Source of the DNA: Gammaproteobacteria bacterium
GTDB taxonomy: Bacteria; Pseudomonadota; Gammaproteobacteria; SpSt-1174
Assembly (NCBI GenBank): GCA_033839185.1
Contig: JAJLKJ010000078.1
Coordinates: 1 to 45,291, forward strand
Direction: 5' to 3'
Length of the DNA: 45,291 bases
Under the pieces are notes generated by a model. It saw only the letters and a program-made list of their open reading frames with translations. It ran no database searches and was not told the DNA's origin. This document shows, one piece after another, positions 7,923-14,706 of this stretch. A program made the position numbers and the translations under genes. The first letter of the stretch is position 1; every line of letters begins with the position of its first letter.

Positions 7923-9600
7923 GGCCCGGTCTCGATCGGCTGATGGAGCGGCTGAGGATGATCACCGGGATGATCCCCGCCACGACGATGGCGAGCGCCG
8001 CCGTGGAGGCGTCGGCCAGCCGCTCGTCGGAGGCCAGCTCGAAGGTGCGCACCGCCAGGGTGTTGAAGTTGAAGGGCCGCAGTATCAAGGTCGCCGGCAG
8101 TTCTTTCAAGACGTCCACGAACACCAGCAGCACCGCCGTGAGCAGCGTGCCGCGCATGATCGGCATATGGATCCTGCGCAGCACCTGGCGCGGGGGCAGG
8201 CCCAGCGAGCGGGCGGCGTCGTCCATGGTGGGGCGGATCTTGCCCAGTCCCGCCTCCACCGTCTGGATGGACACGGCCAGGAAGCGCACGGTGTAGGCGA
8301 ACAGCAGTGCGACCAGGGTGCCGCTTAGGATCAGCCCGGTGGAGATGCCGAACTGGGCGCGCATCCAGGCATCGATGGCATTGTCCGTCCAGGCAAAGGG
8401 CAGCATCACCCCCACGGCGATGACCGTGCCGGGTACGGCATAGCCCATGGCGGCCACGCGCACCGAGGCGACCATCAGCGGCGTGGGGCGCAGGCGCTTG
8501 CCATAACCCATGAGCAGGGCGAGTCCCACCGCGATGAGGGCCGCGAGACTCGCGAGCATGAGGCTGTTCCCGGTCAGCGCGATGAAGTCCGCATCCACCA
8601 TGGTCCCGGCGGTCTGCCAGGCCCAGACGGCGAGCTGGCCAGCGGGCACCACGAAGCCCAGCAGCAGGGGCAGCAGGCAGGCCAGCAGGGCCAGCGCGCG
8701 TCGCGTGCCGGTCAGGCGATGGCGGGGCAGCTGCAGGTAGCGGTTGCTGGTGTGGTGGAAACGGGCACGGCGCCGTGACCAGCGCTCCAGCACGATGAGC
8801 AGGAAGACGAAGCCCATGAGCAGGGCCGAGAGCTGCGCGGCGGCGGCGCTGTCACCCAGGCCGAACCAAGTGCGGAAGATGCCGGTGGTGAAGGTGCTCA
8901 CGCCGAAGTACTGCACCGTGCCGTAGTCGGCGAGGGTCTCCATCAGGGCCAGCGACAGGCCGGTGATGATGGCGGGGCGGGCGAGCGGCAGGGCCACGCG
9001 GAAGAAGCTCGCCCAGGGACCGAGGCCCAGGGTGCGGCTCACCTCCAGTACGCAGACCGACTGTTCGAGAAAGCCCGCGCGCGCCAGCAGGTAGACATAG
9101 GGATAGAGCACCAGCGAGAGCATGGCGATGGCCCCGCCCAGCGAGCGGATCTCGGGGAACCAGTAGTCGCCATAACCCCAGCCGAAGGCCTCGCGCAGGG
9201 CATCCTGTATCGGGCCCTCGAAGCCGAGCATCCCCGTGTAGGTGTAGGCGATGATGTAGGCCGGCACGGCCATGGGCAGCAGCAGCGCCCACTCGAAGAA
9301 ACGCCGCCCCGGGAATTCGCACATGCTGGTGAGCCAGGCCGTGCTGATGCCCATCGCCAGCGTACCGACGGCCACGCCGACCATCAGCAGCAGCGAGTTG
9401 ACGACGTAGTCGGCGAGCACCGTCTCGGCCAGGTGGCGCCAGACGTCGCCGGCCGGATAGAAGATGAAGCTGAACACCACCAGCACCGGCAGCGAGAGCA
9501 GCAGGGCCGTCGCCACCACGCCCACGCCCCAGGCGTCCGGCAGGGCCAGGCGCCTGGGGCGTGTCACGGGTTGTGGAGATGCCACCGGGTTCGGGTTCAT
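7906..9600 (-). CDS. Iron(III) ABC transporter permease (duplicated FbpB-like membrane domain)
   Basis: About 560 aa with two tandem ABC permease domains, each with an EAA-like loop (LEVSRTLGLGPWASFFRVALPLARPAI; DDAARSLGLPPRQVLRRIHMPIMR). The ATG at 9600 is preferred over the TTG at 9618. Confidence 0.88.
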   Translation of the reverse strand: MNPNPVASPQPVTRPRRLALPDAWGVGVVATALLLSLPVLVVFSFIFYPAGDVWRHLAETVLADYVVNSLLLMVGVAVGTLAMGISTAWLTSMCEFPGRRFFEWALLLPMAVPAYIIAYTYTGMLGFEGPIQDALREAFGWGYGDYWFPEIRSLGGAIAMLSLVLYPYVYLLARAGFLEQSVCVLEVSRTLGLGPWASFFRVALPLARPAIITGLSLALMETLADYGTVQYFGVSTFTTGIFRTWFGLGDSAAAAQLSALLMGFVFLLIVLERWSRRRARFHHTSNRYLQLPRHRLTGTRRALALLACLLPLLLGFVVPAGQLAVWAWQTAGTMVDADFIALTGNSLMLASLAALIAVGLALLMGYGKRLRPTPLMVASVRVAAMGYAVPGTVIAVGVMLPFAWTDNAIDAWMRAQFGISTGLILSGTLVALLFAYTVRFLAVSIQTVEAGLGKIRPTMDDAARSLGLPPRQVLRRIHMPIMRGTLLTAVLLVFVDVLKELPATLILRPFNFNTLAVRTFELASDERLADASTAALAIVVAGIIPVIILSRSISRSRPGHEHAA

Positions 9601-9609
9601 GGGCTGCAG

Positions 9610-9638
9610 CAAACGCAAAGGGGGCGCATTGCGCCCCC
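9610..9638 (-). terminator. Intercistronic GC hairpin (attenuator/partial terminator) between the binding-protein and permease genes
   Basis: On the minus strand: gggggcgc-aat-gcgccccc (9620-9638) followed by tttgcgtttg. Confidence 0.5.
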
Positions 9639-9667
9639 GGGCAAGAATGCCTGCAGTTTACCAGACA

Positions 9668-10690
9668 TCATTTCCAGCCGGCACGATCCATCAGCATCAG
9701 TGCCTCGGCATTCAGCTCGCCGAGCCTGCCCATGTTGACGGCGTCGGCCTTGAACTGACCCCAGTCTTCCAGGGTATCGCTCCAGGCCACGCCTTCCAGC
9801 ACCGGATATTCGTGGTTGGTCTCGGCATACCAGCGCTGGGACTCGGCGTTGCTCATGAACTCCAGCAGCTTGATGGCGTTGGCCTTGTTGCGGGACGCGG
9901 CGGTCACGCCGGCGCCGCTGACGTTGACGTGGGTACCGCGGTCGTCCTGGTTGGGCCAGAACACGCCGATCTTCTGCGCGGCCTCGCGCTGGGCGGCATC
10001 CGAGCCGTTGAGCATCATGGCCAGGTAGTAGGTGTTGGCGATGGCGATGTCGCAGCGACCGGCCGCGGCGGCACTGATCTGGTCGCGGTCACCCCCGCGC
10101 GGCGGCTGGGCGAAGTTGGCGACGAAGTCACGGGCCCAGTCCTCGGTGGCCTTGACGCCGTTGCTCGCGATCATCGAGGCGACCAGCGACTGATTGTAGA
10201 TGTTGCTCGAGGAGCGGATGCAGATGCGGCCCTTCCACTGCGGGTCGGCCAGGGCCTCGTAGGTGGAGAGTTCGGCCGGATCGACCTTGCCCTTCACGTA
10301 CATGATGGGGCGGGCGCGCAGCGACAGGCCATACCAGTAGCCTTCCGGATCGCGGTAGCTGGCGGGGATGGCGTCCTCGAGCACGGTCGAGTCGATCGGC
10401 TGCAGCACGCCGGCCTCCCTGGCGCGGTGCAGACGGCCCGCATCGGTGGTCAGCAGCAGGTCGGCCGGGGTGTTGCGGCCCTCGGACTGCAGGCGCTGCA
10501 GCAGGGCATCGGCCTTGCCGGTGACCAGGTTGACCTCGATGCCGGTTTCCTTCGTGAAGCGTTCCAGCAGGGGCTTGATGAGCTCTTCCTTGCGCGCGGA
10601 GTACAGGTTGACCTCTTCGGCGGCCTGGGCGGCGGCACCGAACAGGCCCAGGGCCAGCAGGCCGGCCAGCATCAGAAAACGACTACGCAT
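9668..10690 (-). CDS. Fe(3+) ABC transporter periplasmic substrate-binding protein (FbpA/AfuA-like)
   Basis: Signal peptide MRSRFLMLAGLLALGLFGAAAQA|AE. Mature start EVNLYSARKEELIKPLLERFTKETGIEVNLV is typical of ferric-binding proteins. GGGAG SD upstream. Confidence 0.88.
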   Translation of the reverse strand: MRSRFLMLAGLLALGLFGAAAQAAEEVNLYSARKEELIKPLLERFTKETGIEVNLVTGKADALLQRLQSEGRNTPADLLLTTDAGRLHRAREAGVLQPIDSTVLEDAIPASYRDPEGYWYGLSLRARPIMYVKGKVDPAELSTYEALADPQWKGRICIRSSSNIYNQSLVASMIASNGVKATEDWARDFVANFAQPPRGGDRDQISAAAAGRCDIAIANTYYLAMMLNGSDAAQREAAQKIGVFWPNQDDRGTHVNVSGAGVTAASRNKANAIKLLEFMSNAESQRWYAETNHEYPVLEGVAWSDTLEDWGQFKADAVNMGRLGELNAEALMLMDRAGWK

Positions 10691-10745
10691 ACAACGACTC
10701 CCTGGTTGAATGAATGGAGTGGATCGTGGATAAAAGTCGTAACGC

Positions 10746-10767
10746 GAATTATTATCATTTAATGATC
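10746..10767. promoter_or_regulatory. Fur-box-like AT-rich operator candidate upstream of the Fe(3+) ABC operon
   Basis: gaattattatcatttaatgatc is the only AT-rich patch in the fbpA-like upstream region. attattatcatttaa matches 10 of 15 positions of the Fur consensus segment ATGATAATCATTATC. Confidence 0.45.
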
Positions 10768-10816
10768 CGGTGGCGTCAAGGGGGACGCATCACCCGCTGT
10801 GCTGTCATCCCAAACG

Positions 10817-10840
10817 AAAAAAAGCGGCCACGAGGGCCGC
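10817..10840 (-). terminator. Rho-independent terminator of the ECF sigma/anti-sigma operon
   Basis: Minus strand: gcggcc-ctcgt-ggccgc (10824-10840) followed by TTTTTTT (complement of the A-run at 10817-10823). Confidence 0.8.
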
Positions 10841-10868
10841 TTCGATGCTCGGTAGCAGGGTGGGGAGG

Positions 10869-11561
10869 CTAGACCTTGATGTAGGTCCAGCCCTCGCGCA
10901 TCCGCTCGATGATGTGTTCCACGGCGGAGGGGGCGGTATGGGTCCTGGGCAGCAGCACCACCTCGACGCCGGCGCGCTCGAGGTGGCGGATGGCGGTGTC
11001 GCAGGCGATGAACTGGAGTTCCTCGTGCTCGGCCATCATGGCCAGCACGCGCTGGCCGTAGGGGGAGCCGCCCGCGCGCAGCATATGCAGTCCCTCGCTG
11101 TTGGCCACGACCTCGATCTGTACGCCCTGTTCGCGGTATTCCTCGAGCAGCGACTCGGCGCGATCGAGCGTGGCCTGCATCTTGGCCGGCTCGGCCGTGG
11201 CGATATGCAGGAGAATGCGCGGCGCCTGTTCTGCCGTCGCCACCTGCTGCAGGGGGCTGGTGCTGTGATGGTTGGCCAGCCAGCCGCCGGAGAAGCCCAG
11301 TGAGATCAGTAGGGCGGCCGCGACGCCGAAGGCCGCCAGACGCTTGCGCGGGTGGTTGCTGTCGACGACCTCGCGGCGTGGTGCCTCCACCCCGTCATAG
11401 GCGTGGCGCACGAGGTCCTTGAGGTTGCGCAGCTCGACGCACTCGGCGCGCAGGGCCGGGTCCTTTTCCATGTCGAGCAGGAAGGCGTCACGCTCCTGGT
11501 GGCTGAGTTCGCCGTCCAGGTAGGCATGGATACGCGCTTCGTCGCGAACGCTCTCGGTCAT
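10869..11561 (-). CDS. Membrane-spanning anti-sigma factor with a C-terminal (predicted periplasmic) DsrE-like / COG1416-type domain
   Basis: N-terminus has the anti-sigma signature IHAYLDGELSHQERDAFLLDMEKDPALRAE, with no HxxxCxxC zinc motif. Single TM at aa 74-95 (LAAFGVAAALLISLGFSGGWLA). Residues 113-230 align with the secreted DsrE-like protein at 12528-12983 (IEVVA..GL..L, F.AC..T, EG.TYIK end). The ATGA overlap with the sigma gene stop indicates translational coupling. Confidence 0.75.
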   Translation of the reverse strand: MTESVRDEARIHAYLDGELSHQERDAFLLDMEKDPALRAECVELRNLKDLVRHAYDGVEAPRREVVDSNHPRKRLAAFGVAAALLISLGFSGGWLANHHSTSPLQQVATAEQAPRILLHIATAEPAKMQATLDRAESLLEEYREQGVQIEVVANSEGLHMLRAGGSPYGQRVLAMMAEHEELQFIACDTAIRHLERAGVEVVLLPRTHTAPSAVEHIIERMREGWTYIKV

Positions 11562-12121
11562 TTAACCCTCCTCAGATGAGGTCTGCCCGCCTCGCTTGCG
11601 GCGGTTGCAGGCATGTGCAGATCGGTGAGAAACCCGGTCAGGGCGCGACGGGCCCGACACAGGCGGCTCATCACCGTGCCAACCGGGATGTCGAGGATCT
11701 CGGCCGTCTCGGCGTAGGCAAAGCCTTCGAGGTCCACCAGTGTGAGCACCTCACGCTGACCGATGGGCAGTTTGCCCACGGCACGGCGCACACGATTGAC
11801 GATCTCCTGGCTGGTCATCTCGACTTCGGGGCAATTCTCGCAGACGAACATCTCGTCGTCGATCTCCACCCCGGGCTTCTGCCGGCGCAGGTGTTCCCGC
11901 CAGGTGTTGCTGAGGATGGCGCTGAGCCAGTGCTCCAGCTTGTTGCCGTCACGCAGCTGGTGGCTCTTCTGCATGGCCTTGATCAGCGTGTCCTGGACCA
12001 GGTCGTCGGCCAGCATGGGGTCTCCACACCAGGCCAGCGCCATGCGGTAGAGCCGCGTTCGGCTGGCCTCCAGCTTCTTCTTGAACGTGCGCGTCGCACA
12101 GATGTGCTCGAGTACTTTCAT
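11558..12121 (-). CDS. ECF (sigma-70 family, group IV) RNA polymerase sigma factor
   Basis: Region 2 (RLYRMALAWCGDPMLADDLVQDTLIKAM) and region 4 HTH (REVLTLVDLEGFAYAETAEILDIPVGTVMSRLCRARRAL). 187 aa. Followed by an overlapping anti-sigma gene. Confidence 0.92.
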   Translation of the reverse strand: MKVLEHICATRTFKKKLEASRTRLYRMALAWCGDPMLADDLVQDTLIKAMQKSHQLRDGNKLEHWLSAILSNTWREHLRRQKPGVEIDDEMFVCENCPEVEMTSQEIVNRVRRAVGKLPIGQREVLTLVDLEGFAYAETAEILDIPVGTVMSRLCRARRALTGFLTDLHMPATAASEAGRPHLRRVK

Positions 12122-12430
12122 CTCTCCACCTACCCTGCATGATGCGTCGCCGGTTTTCTCTATTCCCGCTCTTTTGCGTACGTGCCTTGCGGCGATGGCG
12201 GTTTTGCGACGTGGTTTGTCTGTCGGTGACTTGGTAGCGGCGTGTTCCCCTTTGCCGTGAAGCAGTCTACCGCCACCGGCATCACATCGAAAGAAACAGA
12301 AGTATTTAATGAATTTCTAATCTTCCGGGCATGATGGATGGCGTCAGTTCTTCATGTCCCGCGTCCGTGGTTTTGACGGGATATTGCCTGCCATCATGCT
12401 GCCCGCCAGGGAGGGTGCCGTGCAGTGAAA

Positions 12431-12458
12431 GGAATATTTGTCATCCAGCGCGCGTCAA
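12431..12458 (+). promoter_or_regulatory. Candidate ECF-type promoter GGAAT-N17-CGTCAA upstream of the secreted DsrE-like gene
   Basis: ggaat (12431-12435), a 17-nt spacer, then cgtcaa (12453-12458), about 70 nt upstream of the ATG at 12528. Resembles the generic ECF architecture (GGAAC -35, CGTC/TCnAA -10). Not validated. Confidence 0.35.
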
Positions 12459-12527
12459 TCCGTCGTGAATGCAGAACAGTGCAGTCACGTATGCCAGGGA
12501 ATCATCAACAACAACAGAGGCAGGATA

Positions 12528-12983
12528 ATGAAACGCCACTCCTTTATCGCCGCGTGGTTCGCAGTATTGCTGGTGACTGTCTGCGCCGGGTCAAACGTCG
12601 TCGCGGCAGAGTCATCCTCCAAGCCGTTCGCCGAGAAGCATGTCGTCCTGCAGATATCGGATGAGGATCCGTTCAAGCAGACGCTGGTGCTGAATGTCGC
12701 GAGCAACCTGATCAAGCATTACGGACCTGACAAGGTGGACATCGAAATCGTGGCCTTTGGGCCGGGTCTGAGGCTGCTGTTTGCCGATAACGCGAACAGG
12801 GGGCGTATTGGTGATCTTTCACAGCAGGGCGTGCGGTTCGCGGCCTGCGAAAACACGATTGCCAACATGTCGCGCATCCTCGGCGAGGAGCCGGCCTTGA
12901 ACGACAAGGCCGTGCGGGTTTCTGCCGGCGTGGTGCGGGTCCTGGATCTTGAGGCCGAGGGCTACACGCTGATCCGTCCGTAA
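12528..12983 (+). CDS. Secreted DsrE-like (COG1416-type) protein, paralog of the anti-sigma sensor domain
   Basis: Sec signal MKRHSFIAAWFAVLLVTVCAGSNVVAA|ESS. Mature domain HVVLQISDEDP..., DIEIVAFGPGLRLL, RFAACENT (Cys107, codon 12846-12848), EGYTLIRP terminus. SD agagg/agga upstream. Visibly lower GC3 than neighbouring genes. Confidence 0.75.
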   Translation: MKRHSFIAAWFAVLLVTVCAGSNVVAAESSSKPFAEKHVVLQISDEDPFKQTLVLNVASNLIKHYGPDKVDIEIVAFGPGLRLLFADNANRGRIGDLSQQGVRFAACENTIANMSRILGEEPALNDKAVRVSAGVVRVLDLEAEGYTLIRP

Positions 12984-13052
12984 ACCGGGTAACGATTCCG
13001 CCTGCGTGTGCGGCGAGAAAGAACAAAGAAAAACATTCGGGGGTTTGAATTC

Positions 13053-14426
13053 ATGATGAAAGGGAAGAGACTGGCTGGCGCGGTGGCGCTGGCCCTGGGT
13101 ATGGTCGTGGCCGGTCAGGCGCAGGCCGCCAACTGGGTGATGCTGCAGGGCACGGAGCCGGATGGCATGGCCGAACGGGCCAGGCTTTGGGGGTTCGTGC
13201 AACCAACCTATCGCGCCACTGATGGCACCGAGCTGCCGGCAGGTCCGTGGGAAGGCCAGCCCATGCAGCCCAACATGATCCCCACCGACCTGAGCTCGGA
13301 TTCGCAGTTTCAGCTGCTGCGCGCCCGCATCGGCGTGCGTGGTGTGGCCATGCCGATCGACAGCAAGGTGAATTACTTCCTGCTGGCGGAGTTTGGTGAC
13401 AACGGCATCACCGCCGGCAAGGGCGGGGCGGGCGTCATCTCCGATGCCAGCGTGACACTCAATCACATCCCGGGTGCGCGTGTGCGACTGGGCCTGTTCA
13501 AGACGCCGATGAGCGAGGAGATCTTCCAGGGCGTGGGGACGATGGACTATGTCAACTTCACCGCCTTCACCGATCAGCAGCTCAACGAACGGCACCTGCC
13601 CACGGATGGCCTCGCGCCCTGTGTCTATGGTGCTGGCACCCTCTACAGCCGTTACTGCGAGGAAGGCAACACCTTCAGCGACTTCGGTGCGGCCCGCGAT
13701 ACCGGCGCCATGGTCTTCGATGCCTTCCGCCGAGGCGACTGGGAGCATACCTACGCCGTGATGCTCGGCAACGGCAGTGGCGTGAATGCCGGCAATACCG
13801 ACGACAACCTCGATACCCGCGCCTACTGGTCCTCCGAATGGGTCTTCGGCGGGCAGGGGCCGCGACGCGAGGGCTGGAAGCTCTATGCCTGGATGCATGA
13901 CGGCAAGCGCACCGTGCTCGACAGCGTGCAGCTGGCCGCGGGCAACCGGGTCGAGAACGAATACGACTACGAGCGCTCCGGCCTGGGTACGACCTACCGC
14001 CGCGGAAAGTACCGCTTCTTCGCCGAGTACAACCAGGCCGAGGGCATGATCTTCAACGGCACCGACGGCGGGGCCGTGGCGGGCTCGCTGAACAATGCCG
14101 GTACGATCGTCTCCACCTTCAACCTCCTACCCGAAGACAAGGCGAATGGTTACTACCTCGATTTCGGCTACAGGATCACGCCGAAGATCGAGCTGGATGT
14201 GCGCTATGACGTGCTGAACCGTGGTACGGAGACGGACGTGGAGGAACGCAAGTTCGAGACCGTGACACTGGGCGCGCAGTACTTCTTCAACCGCAAGTCG
14301 CGGCTGATCGTGAACTACGAGATGCGTGACCTGGAGGCACCCAACCTGCCGGCCAATGCCGTGCCGAACCAGATCGGCGAGGCGATCGATGACCGCCTGT
14401 CCGTCCAGGTCTTCATGGTCTTCTAG
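13053..14426 (+). CDS. Outer-membrane porin (possibly OprO/P-like anion porin family)
   Basis: Signal peptide MMKGKRLAGAVALALGMVVAGQAQA|AN. Alternating beta-strand pattern, RARIGVRG motif, terminal ..LSVQVFMVF. Lies 69 bp downstream of the DsrE-like gene and is followed by a strong terminator. Confidence 0.75.
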   Translation: MMKGKRLAGAVALALGMVVAGQAQAANWVMLQGTEPDGMAERARLWGFVQPTYRATDGTELPAGPWEGQPMQPNMIPTDLSSDSQFQLLRARIGVRGVAMPIDSKVNYFLLAEFGDNGITAGKGGAGVISDASVTLNHIPGARVRLGLFKTPMSEEIFQGVGTMDYVNFTAFTDQQLNERHLPTDGLAPCVYGAGTLYSRYCEEGNTFSDFGAARDTGAMVFDAFRRGDWEHTYAVMLGNGSGVNAGNTDDNLDTRAYWSSEWVFGGQGPRREGWKLYAWMHDGKRTVLDSVQLAAGNRVENEYDYERSGLGTTYRRGKYRFFAEYNQAEGMIFNGTDGGAVAGSLNNAGTIVSTFNLLPEDKANGYYLDFGYRITPKIELDVRYDVLNRGTETDVEERKFETVTLGAQYFFNRKSRLIVNYEMRDLEAPNLPANAVPNQIGEAIDDRLSVQVFMVF

Positions 14427-14489
14427 GATTAAAGGCTCCTGCAAGCGATAACAAGAACCTGCGTAATCAGGGTATGGCAGTGACGTTGA

Positions 14490-14513
14490 CCCCGGGCTTC
14501 CGGGGTTTTTTTT
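14490..14513 (+). terminator. Rho-independent terminator of the porin gene
   Basis: ccccgg-gctt-ccgggg (14490-14505) followed by T8 (14506-14513). Confidence 0.9.
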
Positions 14514-14528
14514 GCCTGGACGGTTTTG

Positions 14529-14602
14529 GCCACAGAGGGCACAGAGTACACAGAGGAAGAATCTGACCGGTTTGCCTCCGTGAGCTCTGTGCCCTCTGTG
14601 GC
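14529..14602. repeat. Extragenic palindromic element, copy 2 (same 18-bp arms as 875-930, 38-nt loop)
   Basis: gccacagagggcacagag (14529-14546) / ctctgtgccctctgtggc (14585-14602). The loop contains a nested imperfect repeat cacagagg...cctccgtg and the ccggtttgcc motif that flanks copy 1. Confidence 0.9.
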
Positions 14603-14614
14603 GCCTAGACTTTT

Positions 14615-14688
14615 CGCCTAACGCCTAACGCCTAACGCCTAACGCCTAACGCCTAACGCCTAACGCCTAACGCCTAACGCCTAACGCC
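14615..14688. repeat. Heptanucleotide microsatellite (CGCCTAA)10 plus a partial unit
   Basis: Ten perfect tandem copies at 14615-14684, plus cgcc. Located between convergent genes, 19 bp from the stop of the PAS-GGDEF-EAL gene. Confidence 0.95.
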
Positions 14689-14706
14689 CAAAATCGCATC
14701 CTGATG

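Noticed and set aside
12331-12468. 45-codon Cys-rich ORF (MMDGVSSSCPASVVLTGYCLPSCCPPGRVPCSERNICHPARVNPS) in the sigma/DsrE intergenic region.
   Set aside because: There is no SD sequence, and it overlaps the candidate promoter. It could be tempting given the sulfur context, but short Cys/Pro/Gly-rich ORFs arise easily in GC-rich DNA. It would need ribosome profiling or conservation evidence.
10869-14426. The ECF/DsrE/porin block as a mobile genomic island.
   Set aside because: The control region and the DsrE-like gene are AT-richer, but there is no integrase, transposase, tRNA attachment site or pair of direct repeats flanking the block. The palindromic element occurs only on its right side. 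Horizontal origin remains possible but unsupported.
14615-14688. Possibility that the tandem repeat array is a CRISPR array or a telomere-like sequence (CCTAA resembles CCCTAA).
   Set aside because: The units are 7 bp and directly abutting with no spacers, so this is not a CRISPR array. The resemblance to eukaryotic telomere repeats is partial and occurs inside a circular-type bacterial gene context, so it is treated as a microsatellite.
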